NCBI GenBank assembly: GCA_039621445.1
Contig: CP154954.1
Coordinates: forward strand, 23,882,954 to 23,946,953
Length of the DNA: 64,000 bases
Direction: 5' to 3'
Origin: Euglena gracilis
Taxonomy: Eukaryota
The translations under genes were made by a program, and so were the position numbers. Under the pieces are notes generated by a model. The model made no database searches. It was not told where the DNA came from and worked only from the letters and a program-made list of their open reading frames with translations. Shown in pieces: positions 1 to 12,200 of this stretch (position 1 is the first letter of the stretch; every line of letters starts with the position of its first letter).

Positions 1-273
1 GGGGCGGCTCCCCGACACTTCCTCACCCACGTCAAACGTCAGGCAGAGGTCTGGGAAACTGCCAGCGTCGCCCCAGGAGTGGGGGTTGGACATGGAGACA
101 CCAAAACCCGATACCAGGACGCATCTGGAGACACCTTGAGAAGGTAAGAAAGGTACAAACAACAAAAATTATAAAGCTGGCAAACGTTTTGGAAATGGGG
201 GAGAATACCATTCAAAAAAGCTGGGGGAAATGAATGTATTCCCTCACAGTCGAGACAAAGAAAGGAATATCAC

Positions 274-3200
274 CACTCCAGAGCAGATGGAGGACCGGCA
301 CACCATTTTCTGCACCTTGGCCCCCACCGGGTCGATGACCAGGAACCCGTTGCACGTCATATCCTGGCACGCACACACGCGGTTGTTCACCATCGAGTAC
401 TTGCACGTCGGGTGGGCGCAGCTGTTGCACGCCATCGCTGCGGAGGGGACGAGGTGGTGGAGCGCTGCCTGGGCTCTGTTTTTGCACGGTTTTTTGAACT
501 TTTACACTGCTTCCAGGGCGGGAAATTAACAAATCTCCCCACCCACATGACACACTCAAAGATAACAAAAAAGCAACGAAATTGGCCGGCTCCGTCTCCG
601 GACCTGGGTCTCGGTCTGGGCCTGGGGGGGGGGTTCTGGGGGGGGGGTACGTACCTGGGGTACAACCCCCCCCCAATACCTGTTGTACCTGTCCAGGTCC
701 TGGGGGGGTACACACAGGTACCCCCCCAGTACGCAGGGGGGGGTACATACCTCCCTCACACCGGCGCCGACAAGGCCTATGTCTAAATAGGTACGCACCC
801 CCCAGTACCTGTTGTACCTATACAGGTACACGCAGGTCCTGGGGGGGTACACGCAGGTCCTGGGGCGGGTCGGCATAGGTCCTGGGGGGGTACACGCAGG
901 TCCTGGGGGGTACGCATAGGTCCTGGGGGGTACGTACCCCCCCACACCGGCGCCGACAAGGCCTATGTCTAAATAGGTACGTACCCCCCCCAGTACCTGT
1001 TGTACCTATACAGGTACACGCAGGGATACACAAAGGTCCTAGAGGGTACATATAGGTCGGCAAATCCCTTGTGTTTCCAAGTCATTTTGGTGGGCAATTC
1101 CCTTGTGTTTCCAAGTCGTTTTGGGGGGCAAATCCCTTTTGTTGTCCAATTGCTCGGGGCCCCAAAATAACAAAATCCCTTGTGTTTCCAAGTCGTTTTG
1201 GGGGACAAATCCCTTTTGTTGCTCAACTGTCGGAGGGCCCCAAAATAACAAAATCCCTTGTGTTTCCAAATCGTTTTGGGGAGCAAATCCTTTTTGTTGC
1301 TCAACTATTGGAGGGCCCCAAAGTAAAAAAATCCCTTGTGTTACCAAGTCCTTTTGTTGTGTACCTGCGTGTACCTGTACAGGTACACGCAGGTCCTGGG
1401 GGTACGTACCCCCCAGTACCAGCTTGTACCTGTACAGGTACACGCAGGTCCTGGGGGGTACGTACCAGGTACGTACCCCCCAGTACCTATCGTGTACCTG
1501 CTTGTACCTGTACAGGTACACGCAGGTCCTGGGGGGGTATGTACCTGTTTAGACATAGGCCTTGTCGGCGCCGGTGTGGGGGGGTCGGACCTGGTACGTA
1601 CCCCCCCCCCTGCGCGCCTTGTACCAGGTACGTACCTCCCCCAGAACCCCCCCCACGGCCAGGCTGCTACCTTGAGGGGCGGTCTATTAACCCGTCCATC
1701 CATCCATCCATCCGTCCATCCGTCCATCCATCCATCCATCCATCCATCCATCCATCCATCCATCCATCCATCCATCCATCCATCCAACCATCCATCCACC
1801 CATCCATCCATCCATCCGTCCACCCGTCCATCCACCGGCATGCCCAACCCATCGACCCACCAGAAACAACTGTGTCAGGACAGACACGGGTGTCTACTGA
1901 ATCTTAGGCGGCCTAACTCGCACTTAGCTTTGAAAATGACTGTAAATTTGCGCCGACGCGCAAATCAAAAAAAAAGTTCTGTTTTCGAACACCGTGGCCT
2001 GAGACTCAGGACAATCTGAAAATAGTGTCTCCCTGCACCCCAGGGCCTGGGGACGAAAGCAACGACTGGGAACTTCACAGTCTACGGGCACAGCGCTCCC
2101 GAGTCCCAGTGTGCATGAACACAAAGCGGCGGGTGATGAAACGAGGGTACTCCATTACTCATTTGCGCTTTGGCACAAATTTTTTAAATTACAAAGAATA
2201 AAACCATTTGCGCTTTGGCGTAATTTTTTTACTTTTTTGTGATTCAACATGTGGGTGACCATTGCCGCACTTGCACAATGATAACAACTTTTGTGTCAAC
2301 ATGTGTTTCCATTGCGCCAAAGTGCAAGGGGTAAGCTCATGAAGAATGGAAAATTAAGAGTTATATTGCGCCAAAGCGCAAGTAGAAATACAATTTTTAA
2401 AATTGCAAAAGCAACGTGGCTTGCGCCGAAGCGCAAATATAACTGTTTAAAACATATCTCACAACGGAGGGAGAGAACGACCCTGGTAGAATATGAGCAC
2501 CAGAGGGGATAGAGCACAAAAATGCAGGACAGGGGGACGGAAACTACTCTCAGTCACGTTGCCTTAAAATTAGTCAACGTTGCGCGTTGGCGCAAGAGCC
2601 ACGCAGCTTTGCGATTTTCAAAGGTGCATTTCTATTGCGCTTTGGCGCAATAGAACTCTTAAATTTTTATCCTTCAAAAGCCTACCCATTGCGCTGTGAA
2701 GCAACAGTTATCAATTTTAATTTCTCACTTTTATCACTGCGGGTGGAGAGAGCAGTCCTGGAAGCATCTCATCACCAGAGCGAACAGAGCTAAGGTGGAG
2801 GGAAGCCTTGCCTGGGACAGGAAGCCAACCCCCTGGTCTGTGAAAACAACCACCAACTTCTTGATATCCAGACGTGTCTTGTCCTATGCGTTGTAAACCC
2901 AACTTCCAGTGCCGGAGGTTCCTCCCACTTGCCTCGCAATTAAGCATGCCTGAGGGGCCCTTCTTTTTGGCCGACTTTTGAAAGTCGGAAAATTTCTGTT
3001 TGGAAAAGAACAGGCAGCAGATGAACCCTGGGAATCACAGCCAAGGAAACAGTTTTGGACGCTGAAAAGGTGTTTTAAAGAAGCTCGTCACCCCCCTTTC
3101 TTCACCCAGGGTTTGAAGCACACAACTTTGGGGATGAGCGAATGGAATTGAGAAATCGACAGGGTCCATCAACAACGGCGGAGAAGGGAAGACATGCTGA

Positions 3201-6200
3201 CACACCTTTTTCGGTAATTTGCAACCCACCAGACAGCCGCATCACACCGGGCAGATGGAGGGCATTATTCAGCCGAAAAAGGTCTTTCTGTCAACATCCC
3301 AAAAAAAACCCCACTTTGTGCACTGAGTGCAAGGTCAGTGAGGCTCCACAGCCTACCGTCCACGATTCGTCTTATTGGAACAGCCACTCCCTCCCCAGTG
3401 CCTGAATAGTTCAGAAGCACCAACTGAGCTTCAGTCACAGCAGCCCTCAAAGGCCCTCATCATTCTCCTCTATCGCCCAACTTCTCACACAGCACGAACA
3501 CTTTCAAATGCATCTGCCACATTGCGCTTAAGCGCAAGTTAAAACAAAAGCCCCTGAGCTTATGGGAGTCCCTCTGATGTGTTACGGTGTGTCGGGGGTC
3601 CCTTTCTGCACGGCCAGTGTGCGGGCTTGGTGAGGAAATACATTGCGCCGAAGCGCGAACCATCATAAATAAAAATGAGAAATGCAAACATGCGGCTGAC
3701 ATGTAATCTGAATGAACAAGCAGTGCATTATGTAAGCATGTCCCTTGCCCTTCGGCGCAATGCATTTCCTCGCCAAGCCAACACACTGGCCATTCAGGGA
3801 GGGGCCCACAACACACCATAACACGTCAGAGGAACTCCCATAAGCTCAGGGGCTTTGTTTTTTAACTTGCGCTTAAGCGCAAATTTTTTAATTTGCGCTT
3901 AAGCGCAAGTTAAAAAAATTGCGCTTAAGCGCAATGTCCATAACCATTGCCTTCTGTGTCTCACCAGACGTTGGAACAGGTCCATGGGCTTGCCCTCAAT
4001 CCCCCCAACCCCACCCAGGGATCACAACTCTGTGACCTGCCGTTTTTTCCAACTCTTCACAACGTGTATGTCTTAGGCGGCCGTGAAGGCACTTAAGGGT
4101 TTTCGGGCCCAAAAACCGGATCGTCCGCGGTTTTGGGACCGGCCGTGGTCAAAACCCCCACTGGGAACGACATGAGCCGAACGCAGGGCGCGATGGCGCG
4201 CACCTGCGCGCGTGAGGACACGTCCGGCGTGCGCACCTGCGCTTGAAACAGACCCCAGAATCAGGCGCAGGTGCGCACGACGGATCAGTAAGATCAGGCG
4301 CAGGTGCGCGTGATCCTACCGTGAGATTGTGGCAGGTGCCTGGGTGCTGGGGCCCCGGAACGAGTGGCGGCAGGGAGGGGGCACACTTTGTTTTGAGGGC
4401 GACGCCTGCAGAACCCACCAATCGCTGCAGGACCGAGAGTCGGTCACCGGAGGACTCCGGAACACACATCAGGCACACGGGGTCCGCAAGCCCACCGCCG
4501 CCGTGTTGGACACCCCCGAGCCAGATGGGCCCACACCCAACACCGAACCGCGCGCACCTGCACCCGGGGACAGGCACACTTCGGTCGCAGGTGCGCACGA
4601 TTGGGGTGTGGACGAGGGACCCCGTGGTGTGGGTTGAACGGCCAGGCCAGAGGGGCGATGCATCCCGCAAGTGTCGTGCGCAGGTGCGCGCGTTGGGGAC
4701 CCCCCTGGTTGTTGCCCACGGCGGCCCCTGTTTGAAACCTGTGGCCGCACACACAACGGAACGTTCGGGGAGCGGGTGTGTCCCCCTTGGGACGTGCACG
4801 CGTGCGTGAGGGACGTGCGAGCACTCGGTGTGGGTGGTGCAGCCAGGTGAACACGTCCGCTATACAACGCCCGACTGCCTCAACGGTGGTCCGGTGCTCG
4901 CATTTGCGCTCTGGGGGCAGCGACGACCTGCGCCGCCAGCACGGACCCCGAGACGTGGGTCCCGAGGGTGACAAGGCAGGGCACGAAGGAACCGTGTCCT
5001 CTAGCGCAGGTGCGCTCCAGGATGCCCCGCAACCGGTGCTTCGGGACCCTTGCCACGGGCCCACCGGCGCAGCACTGGGAACGACGTGAGCCGAACGCGG
5101 GACGCGATGGAGCGCACCTGCACTCGTGAGGACACGTCCGGCGAGCGCACCTGCGCTTGAGCAGACCCCAAAATCAGTCGCAGGTGCGCGCGATGGATCA
5201 GTAAGATCAAGGGCATTCCCACCATCCGGGGTGTTCCATCCGACCCGGAGGGACACCGAGGACGCCTGCCGTCGTCATCCGGTCGCAGGTGCGCAGGCAC
5301 CAGGTGGTTTTCCCTTGGAAACTGTGAATGCTGCGGTCAGTATGAAACCTGCATGCCTTTGACAACCGAAGGGTGCGATGGACAGACACTGAGATACAGA
5401 ACATCCCGGACCAGGTGGGAGGCCCCGGCGGTGCCCGGGACCAGAGTTTGGTACCCGAAAGTCCCCGAAGGAATTTTTCACGGACGCGATGCAAAGCGCG
5501 TTTTGAGGACCTTTGCAAAACCCTATGGAATTTTTGGCTTTTCGCAACAGGCAAGAATTGACAATCTGCCAAAATTTTGCGTCGCATTTTCCTGGGTCGA
5601 AATGGGCCAGAATCCAAATTTGGCGGACCGAAACGACAAAAGTCACAATTTTTCCTTTGTGAGGGGGCAGTTTCCAATCAGTACAGGCAGTGGGGTCTCG
5701 AGAAAATTTCCCCATCCACCGGAGGGCTGCGGACCGGGGGTGGTGCCTTCGATTCCGAACTTTGCGTCGCCCCATGATTTCACATTGGCCATCGATGGGA
5801 TGAGGAAACGACACTTCCCTGCGTTTTCGTTTCCCAGGTGAAAAGGTCTGGTGGGTGATGCCCCCGGCCCTTCCTCCCCTGAAGAAGTGGCGACGGATTC
5901 CGGGTGTCCAGGCTGGGGGGCCCAACTAGGTGAAATCGGCGGCCCACAGGGAGAAGGGGGAGGGCCGTCGGGAAAAGCCAACCCCGACGCCAGTTGCGGG
6001 CGGGGTGTGAGTCCGTCCGCAGACACAAGACCCGGGGTCCTGCTTGTTCAACGCTGCCAGCAACCCTGCCCCGACGACCTCAACCACGGGTGAACCTCCG
6101 CCGCCTGGGGGCTGGGGAGTTCAGGAGAGAAGACCCGGGAGCTATCCAGGCCCCCGGACAGGGCGCTGGTTGTGGTGGCGTCGGCGGCCAGGGCACCGGG

Positions 6201-9200
6201 TGTGATCCCCACAGGGATGGAGCGCGTTGGATTGGAGCGCACCTGCGCACGAATCTGCCCCTCCCTGCTCCCCATCTTGAACCCACCCACCGAATGCATA
6301 GGAGACACAAGGTGTCGTGCGCACCTGCGCGCGTTCGGGCCCAGCTCCCTCCATACGGTGATGGGCGACGGTCCTCGCCCATCGGCCTCCCACCCTCTGC
6401 CGTCACCGGAGATTTGCACACCGCCTGACCGCTAACAGTGACGGTGCTGCAGCGGCTGCAGGGAGGGGAGCGGCCTCGAGTGGTGTCGGTCGCACCTGCG
6501 CGCGCGGTCACGCCCACAACGGGCGTTGCTGCAGTCCGGCCAGGCGGTGCTGCCCGTCCCAGCCACGCCCGACCCCTCTGGAGGGCTTGGCCGTGGCCCC
6601 ACGGCCAAGCCCTCAGAGCCTGCAAAGCCTCCTCCCCCTCAGTCCGGCGCGCGCACCTGCGCCTGACAGCCCCCCCTTGCGCCCTCGCGGGAATGCCCTC
6701 CCGCCCGAGAGCACGTCCCCTGTGGGCACACAATCGCGCGCACCTGCGCACGCAGCACTGTCCCACACACAGGGTTGGCTGTAGACTCATGTATGGGGTG
6801 GCTGGTGTGGGTAGCACGCACACGAGGGGGGCTGGTCCGGCACGCTCGCCCGCTCCCCTTTCGCACCCCCAATTGGGGCAAGGATGGAGCTGTGTGTGCA
6901 CCGGGAATGTGGCCTGGCGGTGAGGTGCCGGCGAGCAGCACGCGGGCGGCGGCACCCCCCCCCCCCCCCCCCCCCTGGCCCTCCGGTCCCACGACACACC
7001 CCTTGATCACACACCTGCGTGGCCCTTGTCGACCGGGACACTCTGTGCGAACGATTGGGCCGTCCCGCCTCACCCACGGCCAAAACACCCCTCCTTTTGG
7101 CAAAGGAAAAAATCTCACGGAAACGTTCCCCGAAGAGCACGCCGCCGCCACGCTTTCACCCTCGGACTTCGCTTCCCCTCCCTTTTGGCCTTCCCCAGTT
7201 GGTCCCATTCCCTCTTCCCGCCGGCTGCCCAGCCACGGCACCCGGAGTATCCTCGCCCACCTCCCAAACCGCACTTTTGAGGCTACCCCTTCCCCCCCCC
7301 CCCCCTCCGGCCTCGAAAGTGCGCCAAACGCTTTTCGGGGGGTGCCAAAGAATCAAGCGCAGGTGCGCGCAAGCCGGCAGGAGAAAGCGTCCGCGGTCCG
7401 CGGCCTGCCGGGCTTTCGGGCACCGTCGGGCATCGATTTTTTTTGATTTCGGCCGCCGGCGTGGGTTTCAGACACGGCCGGCAACAGTCGGTGGACACCA
7501 AAAAACCGGCCAAAAAAAGCGTCCTACACGCGGTCTGCCGGGGTGCAAACCCCGGTAAACCAAAAACAGCGGGACACAAAAAACGAGAAGCCAGCGCCGG
7601 CCAGGGTTTCAAGCACGGCCACCCCCAAAACCGCGGACGCAAAATTGCATTCGGTCTCCTCGGGCGCACCTGCGCCCAAATCGGAAAAAAACCCTTAAGT
7701 GCCTTCACGGCCGCCTAAGTATGTAGAGTCCACCCTCTGGATGCCTCAGCAGGCAACCCTTCAGGCACACATCGCAGAGCCTAAAAAAAAAGCAACAAAA
7801 AGTGCCAAATGTCACCCAGCCTGTGTGGCACCATCCGGGGAACACTGTCAAAGCTTCAAAAACGAGGGACTCGCAACGGGGGTTTCGGCCCTTTTTTGGG
7901 AAAATTCACGTGTCCCAGCGGTCAAATCCAGGGTTTTGACCCTTTTCAAAATGGTGCACAGGCTGAAAAACAGGCTGAAAAAAAAACACCAAAATTAGGC
8001 CTGTTCCCCAGGTCCCAACATCGGAAAATGATGCACACGCCACCGTGGAGGGTCTCCGCGGAACCAGGGGGTCAAAAGGATGGGTTCTACCGCCGGGTTT
8101 CAAAAAGATCGAAAATTTGCGCGAAAGCGCAAACTAAAAATCAAAACCTTAAGTGCGAGTTAGGCCGCCTAAGTGAATCTGCTGTCAGAAATTAAAAGAA
8201 ACACACATGTACACACGTGTGCAGAGACAAACACACCTGCACATCCACACACATACACATACACACCCAGACACACCTTTTCACCTCTGGTTTAAAATAA
8301 TCATGTAACCCCCCCAAGACCCGAACAATAAGACCCACCGATTTTTTCGATTTTCGACCTTTTTGACCCGAAATCTGTGGGTTTCGGGTCACCAGGGGTC
8401 AAAAACGGGGCACCAGGGGTCGAAAAACGCTCATTTTAGGCTCAAAAACAGTTTTTCTGGGGTCCCCAAGAAGACCCCCCTCCCTGATGGCGCAAAGCGC
8501 CAGAGACAGTGAATTTTTCCTCTGAAAAATTACCAAAAACCCCAATTTAAGATGCAAAAAAATGAAGGAATTCCAAAAATTTTGGGATTTTTGACTTCAA
8601 AAAAAAAACATGGAAAAAAGTCAATTTGTACCAAATTTACATGGGGCGCGAAAGGCCAAAGAACCTGAAAAAAAAATTATTCGGGCCCGGATCGGTCAAC
8701 AAGGAATCCAAAAATAAGACCCCCCAAAAATAAGACCCAGGTCTTATTTGGGGGGGGGGGGTTAACCATGCAATAAAGAAATGGGCACGGAGCAGCATGG
8801 CACTGGCACACTGGCGGCGGCATCCTCGAACGGCGGGTTGTTGTAGCAGTACGGGCACAGGGTATACGCCTTGTTCTCCCCGCCCTGCTGGTACACCACC
8901 AGCTGGAAGCCGTCGAGCGGGCACTCGATTCCCTTGTACTCCTGGGGAGGAAGGAAACCTCGAGGCACAACGTGGCCTGTTGACAGAGAGTTGACAGGAT
9001 TTCAAAAAAAATGTGTGGAAGCTGAAAGAGAGTCCGACTGCTGGGGCCGAAGCAGCCAACTGGCGTGGACAAGCTTGGTGGAGTGGACCACATTCGGTGG
9101 GCAAATCAAGAACTGCACTGCAAAAAAAAAAAACTGCAAAAAAAACCGCAAAAGAATGCTCTTCAAGTCTGTATCGATTGCTCAATACAGCAGTACAGAC

Positions 9201-12200
9201 CAATTGTTACCATCCCTGCTCCTGCAAGCTTCAACGTTTTTGCAAAAAAAAAATGCAAAACGAATTCAGGCTCTTTTGGGGTCACATTGCATTCATATTT
9301 CCTCTTGGATTTTCTCACCTTTTTAGCATGTTATTTGTGATTTTATTTCATTGAAGGCATGCTTCAACTATTGAACTGAAATCGACCCTCGTAACTGAGA
9401 AGCACTTGTAAAGATTGTTCCTAAATTTAAAAATCCCGTCCGCGTCTTTTGGGAGTTCTAAATTTCATTGAAAAACGAATCATCGTTGTTTTAAAACAGG
9501 AGGAATTGCAAACAAAAAGCAATTTCAATCATTCTTGCCATCAACATCCAACACCCTCAGATGACACCAGTGGTGCTTCTTTGATGCTTTATGAATGTCA
9601 CAATAAAATGCTTCACATCTGCTTTAATACATTGATTTTAATATGTGGCTAACTTAGAATCACAGATCACATGATATGATTTTGCGCAGGAAGAAAAACA
9701 AAAACTCAGATCCTGCTTTACGCATTTCATGTACAGATCATACAATTGCTTACCGACCCCCGGGGGGGGGGGAGGGGGGGGGTCACTCCACTTTTTTAAA
9801 AACCAGTCAGTCACTCATTTTCAAAAAACCAGCCAGTCACTACCCCCCCGGGGGGGGGGTCGGCCACTCAGAAAAACGGCCACTTTCCAGTCACTTTAGG
9901 CCATTTTAGGCCCAAAAAAATTTTCCTCACTCAAGTCACTCAAGCCACTTTTGCCCACTCCTGGCCGACCCCCCCCCCGGGGGGGGGAGGGGTCCGGGCC
10001 AAAAACCAGTCAGTCACTCTGAAAAAACCAGTCACCCACCCCCCCCCGGGGGGGGGGGGGGGTCAGTGCTTAAGCAATTGCCTGGTACAGATTTCCTCTC
10101 TTCTTCCTGGAAAACAATGAAAGCCTTCAAGCTGTTGCTTTTGTGAGATGCAAATAATCCTGCGACAAATTTTCAAAGTGAAAAAAAGCACAAAAAATGA
10201 AAGCATGCAATGCGATTTTGTGTCAATGCAGCCAGCTAGACTAAAAGACTGGTCCACCTCAGCAGAAATGACAAGAAGGTTGAGAAGCAAAACGATGTGA
10301 TCCTTGCTGTTTTTGCCCAAATGGAGCCAACCTTTCAGGAATGGTTGCTAAGCTCGATATTACCAACGTTGAATGGCAAACTGCTCGTTGCGTTCAGGAA
10401 GTATTGGGATATGTCGTGGTCCATCTCACCCGGATTCATTGGGTTCAAAACGTTATGCTGCAAAAAACTGCAGATATGCAGCAGACATTCATTTAGTGTG
10501 GTTCACAAAAGGCGTGAGAACCAGAATTTTTTTGGTGTCCACAGATGAACCACAAATTATTTTTGGTGTCAAGTGAACCACAATTTTCCTTTTGGTGTCC
10601 ACAAATGTACCACAAAAAGTTTATGTTCACAATTTTTGTTGTCCACAAAACTTGATTGTGAATTAATAAAAAACTCAGCACTTTTACAATACAAATGGAT
10701 TGATCTTTATACACTTTAGACACCAAAACGGCCACTCTGGGAAGGCGGACACTTTGGGGGGGGGTCAAATTTTGATCTGCGGCGCCTTTGGCGCCGAGAT
10801 AAAATAGTCTCCTTGAGGGGGTAAACCAAAATACGCGGAAAAATTTGGGCTGCTTTGGGGGGGGACTTTGAAGGGGGGGGGGCAGTTTAACCAATCTCGG
10901 AAATTTTTCAAAAGGGTCGAAAATTCTGTTGATTTTGTTTTTGATGGTAAAGATATTTTGATTTTCTTTTTTGGAGAAGGGGAGCCTCCAGATGAGCTTG
11001 AAGGGGGACCTCCAAATGGGACTTTTTGCTTTGCTTAAAAAAAAAGGGCAAAAAAACAAAGGGAAAAACAAAGGGAAAACAATTAAACCAGAATTTTCCT
11101 TGATAACAAGGATGAACTTGAAATGGCTCAAAATGATTAACAAAAACTATCAGTTTTCGGTCGAAATCATTCACCAATCTTCATCAATTTTCATAAATTT
11201 TCTTAAAAATTCATGTGAAAATTCTTAGAAGACAGAAAGGCGCAATTTCCCCAAAACGGCAAAAAAAATGCCAAAAAAGGAAGGAAAGGCCCCAAAATAA
11301 TATGTTATGGCCCAAAATAATGTGGTCAAAATATGCAGGAATGGGCAAATATGCTGTGGAAAAGTCCTGCAAAAACCTCAAAATATGCACTGAATGTGTG
11401 CAAAATATGCAAAATATGCACTTTTTTGGCAAAAAAAAAGGTGAAATATGAGCTAAATATGTAAAAACATATGCAACATATGCGCTCCGCTTTTTTCCCC
11501 TCGGATTGTTTCATAGCTGTTGAGAAAAAGGGATAATGATGCAAATGCCAGCAGGTGGTGGGAAATTTTTTGGTGTCCACTTGTGAACTACAAAAAATTG
11601 GTACATATATGAGCCACAAGAAATTCTGGTATCCACAAACGAATTACAAAAATATTTTGGTGTCCACAGGTGAAACACAAAAAATATTCTTGGTGTCCAC
11701 AATGAACCATTAAATGACATCCTTGGTGTACCACACAAATGAATGTCTGACATGAAGTTTTTGAGGAGAAATGTTGCAAAAAAAAACAACTGCAAAAGGC
11801 TTCAAAATGTCAAAACTAAAAAGAAACTGCAAAAAAAAAACCGCACAGTGCATATTTTCCCCCTCCCTGTTGGGATACTCCACTCAATTGTGCAGGTATT
11901 CCTCAACCATCCCTTTCCATCAACCAAGGGGCAGCAGAAACCGCAGACAGGAGAAATGAATTAGCTAGATTGTCCCCTCACCACAACAATGTCCCTCCAA
12001 TATCGAGACATGTGTTGCATAGCAATCATCCAGCTCATCCAAATTCTGCAATCTGAACTTGCGAAAAAAAGGCTGCTTGTGATAGAAGCAAACTTCGAGT
12101 GTTCCAAAGTGTTCCAAAAGTATTCCAAAGTGCAGACCTTGATGGTCCCCCCCTGAGGGAGAGAATACGTCTGATCGCAATTCCCGCAATGGAGGCGTTG

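Larger units (their letters stand above)
1903..8173. mobile_element. TIR DNA transposon 'A' (CTTAGG family), non-autonomous, in the last resolved TOP3B intron; hosts nested element B
   Basis: 24-bp perfect TIR CTTAGGCGGCCTAACTCGCACTTA; 5-bp TSD TGAAT (1898-1902 and 8174-8178). Confidence 0.92.

Noticed and set aside
1060-1355. CRISPR-like look of the AATCCCTTGTGTTTCCAAG repeats
   Set aside because: Intervening sequences are similar to each other rather than unique spacers, there are no cas genes, and the context is a eukaryotic intron.
1039-2019. Repetitive ORFs (HPSI/WMDG repeats etc.)
   Set aside because: They arise from the (CCAT)n tract and the tandem arrays of the 616-1662 element.
4149-7708. 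Many overlapping 150-300 aa ORFs in element B as a transposase
   Set aside because: GC-rich, open on both strands, with no convincing DDE or Zn-finger motif. A lone EGCDG at ~5368-5382 is too short to support a call.
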